Source: Macrostomum lignano
Taxonomy: Eukaryota
Reading direction: 5' to 3'
Assembly: GCA_002269645.1 (NCBI GenBank)
Contig: NIVC01001943.1
Coordinates: 1-57,297 of the forward strand
Length of the DNA stretch: 57,297 bases
In this document: in pieces, positions 57,065-57,297 of the stretch
How positions within the stretch are numbered: the stretch's first letter is position 1
Layout: the number at the start of each line of letters is the position of its first letter
Program-made: the position numbers and the translations under genes
The notes under the pieces: model-generated
The model's input: only the letters and a program-made list of their open reading frames with translations
Databases searched by the model: none
Told to the model about the DNA's origin: nothing

Positions 57065-57297
57065 ATCTTCTACTCTCCTCTCCCCTACTCTACTCTCCCC
57101 CTCTACTCTACTTTCCTCTCCCCTTCCCTCTACTCTACCTCCTCTTCCCTCCCCTCTACTCTACTCTTCTCTCTCCTCCTCCTCTACTCTCCTCCTCCCC
57201 CTCTACTCTACTCTCTCCTCCTCCTCTACTCTCCTCTCCCCCCCTCTACTTACTCTCCTCTACCCTCTACTCTACTCTCCTCCCCCTCTACTCTACT
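57065..57297. repeat. CT-rich (CTCTA/CTCC)n low-complexity tract, truncated by the window end
   Basis: Direct reading. Confidence 0.93.

Overview
Eukaryotic (invertebrate animal-type) genomic window, not prokaryotic. It has AT-rich spacers, GT-AG introns and many minisatellites; the style recalls repeat-rich flatworm genomes such as Macrostomum, but that is an unverified guess. Host genes reconstructed by hand: intronless PHF5A (-), a 6-exon TRPT1/Tpt1 with an apparent extra degenerate N-terminal lobe (+), a 4-exon NIPSNAP-family gene (-), and the first 16 exons of a phospholipase C-beta (+), which stops mid Y-box with no further exon in the remaining 15 kb. Main discovery: a complete 6,035-bp DNA transposon (9920-15954) with perfect TIRs and a target-site duplication. 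It encodes a 6-exon DDE/CxxH (hAT-like) transposase with an RG-repeat linker and a C-terminal Spindlin (Spin/Ssty)-like Tudor domain, i.e. a possible methyl-histone reader fused to a transposase. Second discovery: a phase-consistent 7-exon antisense gene (48239-56594) inside the presumed PLC-beta intron, encoding an HMG-like helix, a GTF2I-like repeat, RGG and poly-Pro tracts. Also present: a decayed Gypsy integrase, two CORE-type tRNA SINEs (one carrying a 39-bp hairpin insertion with an 8-bp TSD), several MITEs, and a different minisatellite in most large introns. All domain calls come from visual motif comparison; no searches were run.
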